A stretch of 64,000 nt of DNA from Usitatibacter rugosus. GTDB lineage: Bacteria; Pseudomonadota; Gammaproteobacteria; Burkholderiales; Usitatibacteraceae. The notes below the pieces were generated by a model, which saw nothing but the letters and a program-made list of their open reading frames with translations, was not told where the DNA came from and did not search any database. The stretch is from the NCBI RefSeq assembly GCF_013003965.1, contig NZ_CP053069.1:525419-589418 (forward strand). The letters are read 5' to 3'. The position numbers were made by a program, and so were the translations under genes. Below, in pieces: positions 1-9,153 of this stretch. Each line of letters starts with the position of its first letter. Position 1 is the stretch's first letter.

Positions 1-77
1 GTCCGGCGAAGCTCAGGCGCCCGCGGCTCCAGCGCTGGAGGGGCACGACGGCGGCGGCATGTGCGAGGGTCCACGGC

Positions 78-2204
78 ATGCCGCGATCGTGGCCGCCAAT
101 CATGGCGGTGAACGGGCGGAAAAGTGAATTTTCACCGGCGCCGTGGCGCGCCCCGGGAGGCGCGGGGCGGCTATACTGGCCGCGGCCATTTCCCGGGGGA
201 AGCGGAGTCGTGGCAGAAGCGGCACCAACGAAGCGGCTGGTCTCGTGTCCGTCGTGCGGAGCACCGCTGCGTTTTCGCGGTGCAACGTCGGTCGTCGCCG
301 TCTGCGCCTATTGCAAGGCGACTCTCGTCCGCGACGGCGTCAACCTCGAGAACATCGGCAAGCAGGCCGAGCTGCTCGAGGACGACACGCCGATCCAGAT
401 CGGCGCCGAGGGCAAGCACCGCGGCGTGGGCTTCACCGTCGTCGGGCGCATCCAGTACAAGTACAGCGCCGGCGTGTGGAGCGAGTGGCACGTGCTCTTC
501 CCCGGCAGCAAGGGCGCCTGGCTCTCGGATGCGAGCCGCGAGTACACGATCGCCTACCTCGTCCCGCCGCAGCCATTGCCCCCCTTCGAGCAGATGAAGC
601 CGGGGCAGAACCTCATCGTGAAGGGCGACAAGTGGTACGCGGGGGTCTACACCGTGACCAACGTCGACGCGGCCGAGGTGGTCGCCGGCCAGGGCGAGCT
701 CCCGTTCCAGTTCAAGTCCGGCTGGAAGGCGAACGTGGTCGACCTTCGCGGCGACGGCGCGCGCTTCGCCACCATCGACTACTCCGAGACGCCGCCGCAC
801 CTCTACGTGGGCGAGAAGCTGCCGTTCGACACGTTCTCGTTCTCGAACCTGCGCGATCCGGACCGCATTGGGTTCACCAAGGGCACCGCGCTCGCGTTCA
901 AGTGCGCGGGCTGCGGCGCTCCGATCGAGAAGCGCCTCACGACGACCGAGGTCGTGGCCTGCGACTCCTGCGGCTCGATCACCGACGTGAAGGGCACCAT
1001 CGGCGAGCTCGTGCAGAAGAACACGCGCAACGAGATGGCGGGCCGGCCCTACATCCCGCTCGGCACCGTGGGACGCTGGAAGAACGTGCGCTACGAGGTC
1101 GTGGGCTTCATGCGCCGCACGATCCGCGTCGACGGCATTCCGTATACGTGGGGCGAGTACCTGCTGCACAACGTGGAGCAGGGCTACGCGTGGTTCACCG
1201 AATACAACGGCCACTTCAACTACGCGAAGACCGCGGCGGAGATCCCCAAGTCCACCAGCGTCATGATGTCGCGCGGCCCGGCAGTGCGTTACCTCGGCCA
1301 CACGTTCGGGCATTTCTCGCGCTCCAAGCCGGCCGTCAGCTACCTCGTCGGCGAGTTCTACTGGATCGTGAAGCTGCAGGACGAGGCGATGTGCAACGAC
1401 TACGTCGACCCGCCGCTCATGCTCTCGTCCGAATCGACGGGTAACGAGATCACGTGGACGATCGGCGAGTACGTCGAGGGCCCGGAGCTGTGGAAGGCGT
1501 TCGGCCTCAAGGGCAAGCCGCCCAAGCCCGTGGGCGTGGCGCCGAACCAGCCCTCGCCGCACAAGGGCAAGGTCGGGCGCTACTGGCTCGCGTTCCTCGC
1601 TTTCCTGGTGGTCGGGTTCTTCGCGCAGATGCTGTTCTCCATGCTGCAGTCGGCGATCCGACCGAACCCCATCGCGTTCAGCACGGCGCCGGGACAGACC
1701 ACGCACACGGTGAGCCCCGTCTTCAAGCTGGGCGGCTTCGGCAGCAGTCGCGCGACGGTGCGTACCGAGACCTCGCTCAACGACCAATGGGTCTCGCTCA
1801 CGATGCGTCTCGTGGAGGCCGACAACGGCCGCGCCTACGAGCTCAAGCGCTCCGTGGGCTACCAGAACGTGGGCGGCGGCCGCAGCGGCAGCAGCGACGA
1901 CGTGGGCGAGATCCTCGGCGTTCCGCCCGGGCGCTACACGCTCGCCATCGACGCGCTGAGCCCTTCCGGAGCGCCCGCCACGCAGGGCAAGGTGCAGGTC
2001 TACCGCTCGAAGGTGGATTGGTCGAACTACTGGCTGTTCGCGTTCTTCCTGGTGCTCTGGCCATTGGGTGCCTGGGCGCGGTCCCATTCGTTCGAGAAGG
2101 AGCGCTGGTCGGAGAGCGACTATGCGCCGGGCGATGACGACGACGATGAAACGGGCACCGGCGGCCTGCTGAAGCAAGTGCTGGACGTGGTCGACGACGA
2201 CTGA
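78..2204 (+). CDS. DUF4178-like protein with two tandem modules, each headed by a CxxC...CxxC zinc-ribbon-like motif, then two C-terminal TM helices and an acidic D/E tail; true start may be the internal GTG near 210
   Basis: 708-aa ORF. Repeated CPSCGAP...CAYC and CAGCGAP...CDSCG modules followed by conserved W/G-rich segments. Hydrophobic stretches YWLAFLAFLVVGFF and YWLFAFFLVLWPLGAW. Possible SD GGGGGAAGCGGAG before the GTG at about 210. Sits beside DUF350 and speE genes. Confidence 0.55.
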   Translation: MPRSWPPIMAVNGRKSEFSPAPWRAPGGAGRLYWPRPFPGGSGVVAEAAPTKRLVSCPSCGAPLRFRGATSVVAVCAYCKATLVRDGVNLENIGKQAELLEDDTPIQIGAEGKHRGVGFTVVGRIQYKYSAGVWSEWHVLFPGSKGAWLSDASREYTIAYLVPPQPLPPFEQMKPGQNLIVKGDKWYAGVYTVTNVDAAEVVAGQGELPFQFKSGWKANVVDLRGDGARFATIDYSETPPHLYVGEKLPFDTFSFSNLRDPDRIGFTKGTALAFKCAGCGAPIEKRLTTTEVVACDSCGSITDVKGTIGELVQKNTRNEMAGRPYIPLGTVGRWKNVRYEVVGFMRRTIRVDGIPYTWGEYLLHNVEQGYAWFTEYNGHFNYAKTAAEIPKSTSVMMSRGPAVRYLGHTFGHFSRSKPAVSYLVGEFYWIVKLQDEAMCNDYVDPPLMLSSESTGNEITWTIGEYVEGPELWKAFGLKGKPPKPVGVAPNQPSPHKGKVGRYWLAFLAFLVVGFFAQMLFSMLQSAIRPNPIAFSTAPGQTTHTVSPVFKLGGFGSSRATVRTETSLNDQWVSLTMRLVEADNGRAYELKRSVGYQNVGGGRSGSSDDVGEILGVPPGRYTLAIDALSPSGAPATQGKVQVYRSKVDWSNYWLFAFFLVLWPLGAWARSHSFEKERWSESDYAPGDDDDDETGTGGLLKQVLDVVDDD

Positions 2205-2214
2205 AGGAGACATC

Positions 2215-2406
2215 ATGTTTCGCATGTATCTCGCATCTGCTGTCATCGCCTTCCTGTCGTACGGGACGGCGCAGTACAAGGGCTGGTCGATGTTCGCCTC
2301 GGAAGCGCAGGAGTTCGAGCGCCAGAAGGCGGGATCGTCGTCGTCGAGCTGGGGCCGCGGCAGCTCGGGCGGCGGCGGCTCCGGCGGTTCATCGGGTCAC
2401 AAGTAG
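2215..2406 (+). CDS. small hypothetical protein (63 aa) with N-terminal hydrophobic helix and Gly/Ser-rich C-terminal tail
   Basis: Strong SD AAGGAGA 7 nt before the ATG. Sits between the DUF4178 and DUF350 genes on the same strand. Tail SSSSSWGRGSSGGGGSGGSSGHK. Confidence 0.4.
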   Translation: MFRMYLASAVIAFLSYGTAQYKGWSMFASEAQEFERQKAGSSSSSWGRGSSGGGGSGGSSGHK

Positions 2407-2427
2407 GCAACGCAAGGGAGAAGAGCC

Positions 2428-2643
2428 ATGTTCGAGTACCTGAAGCCCGTAGCGCTCATCGGTTCCATCGTCTATTCGGTGATCGGGTTGCTCCTGGTCA
2501 TCGTCGGGTTCGTCGTGATCGACAAGATCACGCCGTACGACCTGTGGAAGGAGCTGATCGAGAACCGCAACCAGCCGCTCGCCACCGTCGTGGCGGCATT
2601 CGTGCTCGCCATCGCGATCATCGTGGCCGCGGCGATCCACTAG
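2428..2643 (+). CDS. DUF350 family small membrane protein
   Basis: 71 aa, two TM helices, sequence MFEYLKPVALIGSIVYSVIGLLLVIVGFVVIDKITPYDLWKELIENRNQ typical of DUF350. SD GGGAGAAG. Stop TAG overlaps the GTG of the next gene (TAGTG). Confidence 0.7.
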   Translation: MFEYLKPVALIGSIVYSVIGLLLVIVGFVVIDKITPYDLWKELIENRNQPLATVVAAFVLAIAIIVAAAIH

Positions 2644-4214
2644 TGTCCGAGCCCGTCACACCCGCGCAGGCGGGTGCCCAGACACCTCCGCTCCCAGGCG
2701 AGGTGCTGACCCGCGCCTTGCTCGGGTCGGTGTTCGTCATCGCCGCCTGCGGGCTCGTCTACGAGCTCATCGCGGCGGCGGCCTCCACCTACCTGCTGGG
2801 CGACTCGGTCACGCAATTCTCCGTCGTGATCGGCATCTACCTCGCGGCGATGGGCGTGGGCTCGTACGTCTCGAAGTACGTGACGAGCGGACTGATCGTG
2901 CGCTTCATCGACGTGGAGCTGATGATCGCGGTGCTGGGCGGCTTCTCGGCGGCGGTGATGTTCCTCTCGTTCGCCTATGCCGGGCCGGGCTTCCGCGTGG
3001 TGCTCTACGGGATCGTGGTGCTGGTGGGCATGCTCGTGGGCCTCGAGATCCCGCTCGTGATGCGGATCCTGCGCGACCGCCTCGGCTTCAAGGACCTCGT
3101 GGCGCAGGTGCTGACGTTCGACTACCTGGGCGCGCTCGGTGTGTCGATTGCTTTCCCGCTCCTGCTCGCGCCGCGGCTGGGGTTGATCCGCACCGCGTTC
3201 CTCTTCGGGCTGATGAACGCCGTCGTGGCCGCGTGGGCCGCGTGGGTGTTTCGCGATCGGCTCGCCGGCCGTGCGTCGGGCGTGGCCGCGCGCTGCGCCG
3301 TCGTGATCGCGCTGCTGCTGGGCGGCTTCATGTTCTCCGAAGAGCTCACGAAGCTCTCCGAGGACCGCCTGTACGTGGACCAGATCGTGCACGCGGAATC
3401 GAGCCGCGCGCAGCGCATCGTCGTGACCCGCTGGCGCGACGACTGGCGCCTGTACCTGAACGGCAACCTGCAGTTCAGCTCCATGGACGAGTACCGCTAC
3501 CACGAGGCGCTGGTGCATCCCGCGCTCGCCACCATGCCGCACGCACGGCGCGCGCTGGTCCTGGGCGGTGGCGATGGCCTCGCCGTGCGCGAGATCCTCA
3601 AGTACAAGAACATCGAAGCCGTGACGCTGGTGGACCTCGATCCCGCGATCACGAAGCTCTTTACCGAGTCGCCAGCGATGCGCGCGCTGAACCACGACTC
3701 GCTGAACGACCCGAAGGTGAAGGTCGTTAATGCCGACGCCTTCATCTGGCTCGAGAACTCGCGCGACTTCTTCGATTTCGTCGTGATCGACTTCCCCGAT
3801 CCCAGCAACCACTCGCTGGGCAAGCTCTACACCACGTCGTTCTACTCGATGCTGAAGCGCCGCCTCTCCGCGAAGGGGATGGCGGTGATCCAGTCCACCT
3901 CGCCGCTCTACGCGCGCAAGTCGTACTGGTGCGTGGTGACGACTCTCGAGGAAGCCGGCTTCGAGGTCACGCCCTTCCATGCGCTGGTGCCGTCGTTCGG
4001 CGAATGGGGCTTCATCATCGCCTCGCAGGAGCCGTGGATCCCGCCCGCGAAGTACGACGTGCCGGGCCTGCGCTTCATCACGCCCGAGATCCACGCCGCG
4101 CTGCTCGCCTTCCCCAAGGACATGGAGCGCGTGCCCACCGAAGTGAACCGCCTCAACAACCACGCGCTCGTCCGCTACTTCGAATCCGAGTGGCGCCGCG
4201 GCCCCGCCCAATAA
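2643..4214 (+). CDS. speE: polyamine aminopropyltransferase (spermidine synthase) fused to an N-terminal polytopic membrane domain
   Basis: GTG start overlapping the DUF350 stop. N-terminal roughly 200 aa with multiple TM helices (LLGSVFVIAACGLVYELIAAAASTYLLGDSVTQFSVVIGIYLAAMGVGSY). C-terminal spermidine-synthase fold motifs (LVLGGGDGLAVREILKY, VDLDPAITKLF, VVIDFPDPSN). Confidence 0.75.
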   Translation: MSEPVTPAQAGAQTPPLPGEVLTRALLGSVFVIAACGLVYELIAAAASTYLLGDSVTQFSVVIGIYLAAMGVGSYVSKYVTSGLIVRFIDVELMIAVLGGFSAAVMFLSFAYAGPGFRVVLYGIVVLVGMLVGLEIPLVMRILRDRLGFKDLVAQVLTFDYLGALGVSIAFPLLLAPRLGLIRTAFLFGLMNAVVAAWAAWVFRDRLAGRASGVAARCAVVIALLLGGFMFSEELTKLSEDRLYVDQIVHAESSRAQRIVVTRWRDDWRLYLNGNLQFSSMDEYRYHEALVHPALATMPHARRALVLGGGDGLAVREILKYKNIEAVTLVDLDPAITKLFTESPAMRALNHDSLNDPKVKVVNADAFIWLENSRDFFDFVVIDFPDPSNHSLGKLYTTSFYSMLKRRLSAKGMAVIQSTSPLYARKSYWCVVTTLEEAGFEVTPFHALVPSFGEWGFIIASQEPWIPPAKYDVPGLRFITPEIHAALLAFPKDMERVPTEVNRLNNHALVRYFESEWRRGPAQ

Positions 4215-4271
4215 AGGGGTCAGACCACTTTATTCATCGCTGTTCGAATAAAGTGGTCTGACCCCTTTATT
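4210..4271. repeat. palindromic element, inverted pair of the 25-bp unit AATAAAGGGGTCAGACCACTTTATT separated by 12 nt; includes the speE TAA stop
   Basis: Perfect 25-bp arms. Member of a six-locus family (see findings). No U-tract follows. Confidence 0.8.
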
Positions 4272-4279
4272 GTTCTTCC

Positions 4280-5905
4280 ATGCAACGCCGCGACTTTCTC
4301 CTCACCTCCGCCGCCCTCGCAGCTGCCGGTTGCGCGAAGGGTGATCCTCCGCTCCCGCCGGGCGAGATGCTGGCGACGAGCCACGCGCTGGGCCACCGGA
4401 TGCGCGATGGCGGGCTGCCGGCAGCGACCGAGAAGCGCAAGGCGAAGGTTGTGATCGTGGGCGCAGGCCTCTCGGGGCTCTGTGCGGCATGGCGGCTGCG
4501 GCGGGCGGGCTTCAGCGACTTCGAGATCCTCGAGCTGGAGAGCGCCCCCGGAGGCAACGCACGCTGGGGCGAGAGCGCCGTGACGCGCTACCCGTGGGGC
4601 TCGCATTACATCCCGCTGCCGACGCGCGAGTCACGGGCCTTGCGACTCCTGCTCGCGGAGCTGGGCGTGCTCCTCGGCGACCCCGAAGCGGAAACACCGC
4701 GCTATGAAGAGCGGGCCCTATGCCAGGCGCCGCAGGAACGCCTCTACCGCAACGGCACCTGGGACGAGCACCTCGTGCCGATCGCCGGTCGTTCGCGCGG
4801 CGAGGTCGAGGAGTGGGAGCGGTTCCAGCGCCGCATGCGGGAATTCCAGCAGCTGCGCGGCAAGGACGGACGCCGCGCGTTCGTGATTCCCGTGGAGCAT
4901 TCGTCGCGCGACCCGGCCATCCTCGCGCTCGACAGGATCACGATGGGTGCGTGGCTGCAGGCCGAGGGCTTCCACTCCGAGGCGGTGCGCTGGGTCGTGA
5001 ACTACGCGTGCCGCGACGACTATGGCTGCGAGTACCGCGTGGCGTCCGCCTGGGCGGGCATCCACTACTTCGCATGCCGCGTCGGTTCCGCGCGCGACGC
5101 CGACCACGACGCGGTGCTCACCTGGCCCGAAGGCAACGGCTTCCTCGTGCGGGAGCTCATGAAGCGCTACGCATTCGACGTGAAGCCCGCGGCGATCGTG
5201 CACCGCATGGAAGAGACCGCGAAAGGCGTCACGCTGACGGCATTCCTCGCTCGCGAGAACCGCTCCGTCGCCATCGAAGCCGAGCACGTGATCTGGGCAG
5301 CCCCTTTCGGATTCGCCGCGCGTGCCTTCGCCAACGCACCCCCACCCATCGCCGAGGCCCTTCGAAGCTACGACTACGCGCCGTGGATCACCGCCAACGT
5401 CGCGCTCTCGGAGCTGCCATACATCCACCACGGAGCGCCGCTCTCCTGGGACAACGTGCTCTACGACAGCCCGTCGCTCGGCTACGTCGTCGCCACGCAC
5501 CAGGGCCTCCAGGCGCGGCCCGGGCCGACCGTCCTCACCTGGTACCTCCCCCTCGCCACCGACACGCCCGCCGCGGGTCGCAAGCGCCTACTCGAAACGC
5601 CGCGCGAAGCCTGGGCGGAGATGGCTCTAGCGGAGCTGGCCAAGCCGCACCCCGAGATCCGCCAGATCGCCCAGCGCGTCGACGTCTTCGCCAACGGGCA
5701 CGCGATGGTGATCCCGAGGCCCGGACGCATCTGGGGCGGCGCAGCCCAGGTGATCGCTGCGCGCAAGGGCAGGGTCCACTTTGCCCACGCCGATGCAAGC
5801 GGCGTTTCCCTCGTCGAGGAGGCGGCCGATCGCGGGGTCGCCGCAGCCGAATCCACCCTGGCCAGTTTTAGCGTACGTACATCGAGCATGCGGTGGAATA
5901 GTTGA
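4280..5905 (+). CDS. Tat-signal FAD/NAD(P)-binding oxidoreductase, flavin amine-oxidase-like (possible polyamine oxidase)
   Basis: N-terminus MQRRDFLLTSAALAAAGCA (twin-arginine motif). Dinucleotide-binding motif VVIVGAGLSGLCAAWRL..ELE. 541 aa. Adjacent to the speE-like gene. Confidence 0.6.
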   Translation: MQRRDFLLTSAALAAAGCAKGDPPLPPGEMLATSHALGHRMRDGGLPAATEKRKAKVVIVGAGLSGLCAAWRLRRAGFSDFEILELESAPGGNARWGESAVTRYPWGSHYIPLPTRESRALRLLLAELGVLLGDPEAETPRYEERALCQAPQERLYRNGTWDEHLVPIAGRSRGEVEEWERFQRRMREFQQLRGKDGRRAFVIPVEHSSRDPAILALDRITMGAWLQAEGFHSEAVRWVVNYACRDDYGCEYRVASAWAGIHYFACRVGSARDADHDAVLTWPEGNGFLVRELMKRYAFDVKPAAIVHRMEETAKGVTLTAFLARENRSVAIEAEHVIWAAPFGFAARAFANAPPPIAEALRSYDYAPWITANVALSELPYIHHGAPLSWDNVLYDSPSLGYVVATHQGLQARPGPTVLTWYLPLATDTPAAGRKRLLETPREAWAEMALAELAKPHPEIRQIAQRVDVFANGHAMVIPRPGRIWGGAAQVIAARKGRVHFAHADASGVSLVEEAADRGVAAAESTLASFSVRTSSMRWNS

Positions 5906-5956
5906 CCCGCCCCAAGCGTTGACCCGTGGCGGGAATCCAAACCCAGGGAGAAGAAA

Positions 5957-6751
5957 ATGACCAAGGTTCGAGCAATCGCAGTGGCAACCCTGCTGGCCCT
6001 TCCGGCCGCGCAGGCAGCGGACATCGAAGCGGGCAAGGCCAAGGTGGCGGCGGTGTGCGGCGCCTGCCATGGCGTGGCGGGGGTGAGCGTCGGCGAGACG
6101 ATTCCCAACCTCGCCGCCCAGCGCGCCGGCTACATCGAGGCGCAGCTGAAGGTGCTCAAGGACGGCACGCGCAAGAACCCGGTCATGAACGCCATCGCGA
6201 GCCAGCTTACGGCCGACGAGATCTCCAACGTCGCGGCGTACTTCGCGTCCCTTCCGGGGGCAGGCGCGGCGGCCAAATCGGACTTCATGCCGCAGCTCAC
6301 GAAGACGGGCGTCACCTTCCCCGAGGGCTACGACAAGTCGTTCGTGAAATACCACACGATCAATTTCCCGGCCACGAAGCAGGTGCGCTACTACTTCGCC
6401 AACAAGGCGGCGGTGGACGCAGCCAGGGCGGGCAAGGATCTACCCAATGGCGCGTATCTCTTCGCGGAAGTGTGGTCGGCCAAGCTCGACGAGGCGAAGA
6501 ATCCGGTCAAGGGTGCCGACGGTTTCTTCGTCGCCGACAAGCAGCTCTTCTACACGGCGATGGCGCGCGATGCGGGCTGGGGCAAGGACATCCCCGACAT
6601 GCTGAAGAACGAGGACTGGAACTACGCCGTCTTCACGCTCGACAAGAAGCATCGCCCCAACGTGAACCAGGCCGAGTGCCTCGCCTGCCACAAGCCGCTG
6701 GACAAGGTGAGCTATACGTTCACGCTGAAGGAGCTGGCGGCGGCGAAGTAG
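5957..6751 (+). CDS. di-haem protein: N-terminal class I cytochrome c domain fused to a C-terminal cytochrome P460 (c-prime-beta) like domain
   Basis: Signal peptide, then first CxxCH (CGACHG) with the downstream Met typical of class I cyt c. Second CxxCH (CLACHKPLDKVSYTF) a few residues from the C-terminus, as in cytochrome P460 proteins. SD GGGAGAAG. Confidence 0.55.
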   Translation: MTKVRAIAVATLLALPAAQAADIEAGKAKVAAVCGACHGVAGVSVGETIPNLAAQRAGYIEAQLKVLKDGTRKNPVMNAIASQLTADEISNVAAYFASLPGAGAAAKSDFMPQLTKTGVTFPEGYDKSFVKYHTINFPATKQVRYYFANKAAVDAARAGKDLPNGAYLFAEVWSAKLDEAKNPVKGADGFFVADKQLFYTAMARDAGWGKDIPDMLKNEDWNYAVFTLDKKHRPNVNQAECLACHKPLDKVSYTFTLKELAAAK

Positions 6752-6760
6752 GGCGCGAGC

Positions 6761-7504
6761 TCAGCGGCTACGAAAACGCGGCTGGAAGGGCTGGCTCACC
6801 GCCAGCTTTTCCGGCCGGCCGACGAGGCGAAGGTCCATGCGGTCACCGTCGCGCTGGATCGAATCGATGCGCGACGCATTGACGATGGTCCCGCGATGCA
6901 CTTGCCAGAACGCCTCGGAATCGAGCCCGTCCACGAGCTCCTTGATCGAGCGCCGGATGTGCACCTCGCCGCGGTCGGTGACGACCTTCGTGTATTTCGC
7001 GTCCGCCTGGAAGTAGTGAACTTCCTCGACGGGGACGATGCGGATCCGGTTTCCCACCGTGGCCTGCACCCAACGGATGTGGCCCTTGCCGCTCGAATTC
7101 GCGAGGTCGCGCAGGAGCGATTCTAGGTCCGCCGGAACGCTCGTCATCCGCTGCCGAAGTCGCGCGACCGTGACGGCCAGGCGGCCGCCTTCGATCGGCT
7201 TCACGACGAAATCCACCGCGCCCTGCTCGAACGCGGCGATCGCGTGTTCCTGGAAGGCCGTCACGAAGACGACGTGCGCGCGCCCGGACACTAGCCGTGC
7301 GATTTCGAGGCCATTCAATCCGGGGACCTGAATGTCTAGGAAGAGAACGTCCGGCATGTGCTCTGCAATCGCGCGTGCGGCTTCCAGCCCGTCCGGTGCC
7401 TCCTCGACGTGCAGCTCCGGCCACAGTTCGGCAAGATGATCCCGGAGAGCCTGACGAAGCAGGGGTTCGTCCTCTACGACCAGTGCTCGCGGTGCCTCAG
7501 CCAA
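6761..7504 (-). CDS. LytTR-family response regulator (receiver plus LytTR DNA-binding domain)
   Basis: Receiver motifs LVVEDEP..DVLFLDIQVPGLNGLE. C-terminal LytTR region (IRIVPVEEVHYFQADAKYTKVVT). Overlaps the upstream kinase gene by 8 nt. Confidence 0.85.
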   Translation of the reverse strand: MAEAPRALVVEDEPLLRQALRDHLAELWPELHVEEAPDGLEAARAIAEHMPDVLFLDIQVPGLNGLEIARLVSGRAHVVFVTAFQEHAIAAFEQGAVDFVVKPIEGGRLAVTVARLRQRMTSVPADLESLLRDLANSSGKGHIRWVQATVGNRIRIVPVEEVHYFQADAKYTKVVTDRGEVHIRRSIKELVDGLDSEAFWQVHRGTIVNASRIDSIQRDGDRMDLRLVGRPEKLAVSQPFQPRFRSR

Positions 7505-8480
7505 GGGGCACCACCAGTTGCGCCTCGACGCCGGCGGGTTCCGCGTGTGAAAGCTCTACGTGCGCCCGGTCGCCATGCAAGCTCGCGAGCCTCTCACGGA
7601 GGTTCGTGAGCCCTGTGCCGGTGCCCATCTCCGCGCCGAACCCGAGGCCATCGTCGGTGACGCGCAGCACGAGCTGGCCGCCGCGGCTTTCCCCTGCGAT
7701 CACCACGCGGCCGCCCGCGGCGCGACGCTCGAGGCCGTGCTTCACGGCATTCTCGACCAGCGTCATCACGCTAAGCGGCGGGACGGACACGTCGTTCAGC
7801 GCGGTCGGCACGGCGATCTCGTACCGCAGGCGCTCGCCCATGCGGATGCTCATGATCGAAAGGTACGCCTCGGTGCGGGAGAGTTCCTGTCCCAGCGTCG
7901 AGCGGCCCGAGCGGACGTCGGGGATGCTGGTCTTCAGGTAGCGGATCAGGCTCTCCAGCATGCGGTCAGCGGCCGCCGCGTCGCTGCGTACGAGCTGCTG
8001 CACGTTTGCGAGCGTGTTGTAGAGGAAGTGGGGCTCGACCTGCGCCTGGAGCGCACTCAGGCGCAACTCCGCGAGTTGCCGTTCCTGCGTTGCACGCGAG
8101 AGAGCGTCGCGTTGCAGGATCGCTGTCACGAGGAGCGTCGCCGCGAGCAGTGCGGCCAGGCCGAGATCGAACGCGAGGTCGGCATTCGGAAACTTCATCG
8201 CGGCGTTGCTCCAGCGTAATGCGGCCGTCGCGATGGCCGCGCCGAGTGCGGACGCCACGAGCGCCAGCGCGACCTGGAAGCGGATATCGCGACGCGAGAG
8301 GTATGCAGTTGCCAGGACTAGGCCGGCATGCGCGATGGCGCACGCCAGGGCGAGCTGGAGAAAACGGCCCAGCCACGCACTCCATCCCGCGTAAGCGAAG
8401 GCGCAGCCCGCGACGATCGCCGCGGCGATCCACGCCGCGGGCGATCCGAACGGCGCCGAATCAGGATTCGCCGAAGCCAA
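7497..8480 (-). CDS. LytS/YehU-type sensor histidine kinase (membrane domain plus His_kinase/HATPase)
   Basis: About five N-terminal TM helices, then the H-box-like region LSALQAQVEPHFLYNTLANVQQLV and a GHKL ATPase region (VENAVKHG...DDGLGF). Confidence 0.8.
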   Translation of the reverse strand: MASANPDSAPFGSPAAWIAAAIVAGCAFAYAGWSAWLGRFLQLALACAIAHAGLVLATAYLSRRDIRFQVALALVASALGAAIATAALRWSNAAMKFPNADLAFDLGLAALLAATLLVTAILQRDALSRATQERQLAELRLSALQAQVEPHFLYNTLANVQQLVRSDAAAADRMLESLIRYLKTSIPDVRSGRSTLGQELSRTEAYLSIMSIRMGERLRYEIAVPTALNDVSVPPLSVMTLVENAVKHGLERRAAGGRVVIAGESRGGQLVLRVTDDGLGFGAEMGTGTGLTNLRERLASLHGDRAHVELSHAEPAGVEAQLVVPLG

Positions 8481-9051
8481 GGTTGCGGGGCGTCTTCGGA
8501 AGCGAGTCGGTGGAGGGGGTCTTCGCCGTGACGGGAACGGCGTCCCCCACGACCTCGAACTTCACGTTGCCGAGCCACAGCGCGCCTGCATCGGTCATCA
8601 GGACGCCCAGCGCGATCAGCTTCGCCTCGGGCGCGACGTCCAGCACGATCTCGTGGCGCGTCCAGCCCGTGGTGCCCATGATCGGGCGCTTGCCCATGTT
8701 GTCGAAGGCGAGCGTGCGGCCCGGCTCTCCATCCACGCGCATCCAGAGGCCGGCCCATTTACGCAAGCTCTCGGCACGAACGTCCGCGGAGAGGCGTACG
8801 CGCTTGCCGCGGAAGTCATCCGCGGCGAACTGCTGCATCATCGTGCCGAAGCCCTCGGTCGAGGTGCCCTTCGCCCGAAGATAAGCGGCGGGCTCGCGGT
8901 TCGGACCGCCGGAAGGGTCCACGCCCATCTGGTAGCTGTCCGGTTTGCTGCCCGCCATGAACCAGCCGGGTACCGTGGTCGATTCGGCGATGGCTGCGAA
9001 GGCCACCACCGAAGCGATGGCAAATGCGGCGATGAGGGATTTGAAGGTCAT
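8461..9051 (-). CDS. secreted hypothetical protein (first gene of the LytS/LytTR operon)
   Basis: Signal peptide MTFKSLIAAFAIASVVAFAAIA. No recognisable domain. Start chosen at the internal ATG that gives the signal peptide. Confidence 0.45.
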   Translation of the reverse strand: MTFKSLIAAFAIASVVAFAAIAESTTVPGWFMAGSKPDSYQMGVDPSGGPNREPAAYLRAKGTSTEGFGTMMQQFAADDFRGKRVRLSADVRAESLRKWAGLWMRVDGEPGRTLAFDNMGKRPIMGTTGWTRHEIVLDVAPEAKLIALGVLMTDAGALWLGNVKFEVVGDAVPVTAKTPSTDSLPKTPRNLGFGES

Positions 9052-9153
9052 GTCCAGGATCCTCGCTGTGAAGATGGCCACACCCTAGTACTGCGTCCCG
9101 CCCCGGAAAAGGGGATTGCGACGAAACCCGGCATCTGCGCGACGGATTCGGCG

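Noticed and set aside
171-2279. 702-aa minus-strand ORF covering the DUF4178 gene, plus alternative-frame ORFs 124-597 and 143-1444
   Set aside because: Arg/Ala-rich low-complexity translations with no motifs; typical mirror-frame ORFs of high-GC coding DNA. The plus-strand frame has zinc-ribbon motifs and TM helices.
2640-4211. 523-aa minus-strand ORF antisense to the speE-like gene
   Set aside because: Antisense artefact. The sense frame has clear spermidine-synthase motifs.
4210-4271. Interpreting the GGTCAGACC palindromes simply as rho-independent terminators
   Set aside because: No downstream U-tract. One copy lies in a 31-nt spacer between coupled co-directional genes, another in a divergent promoter.
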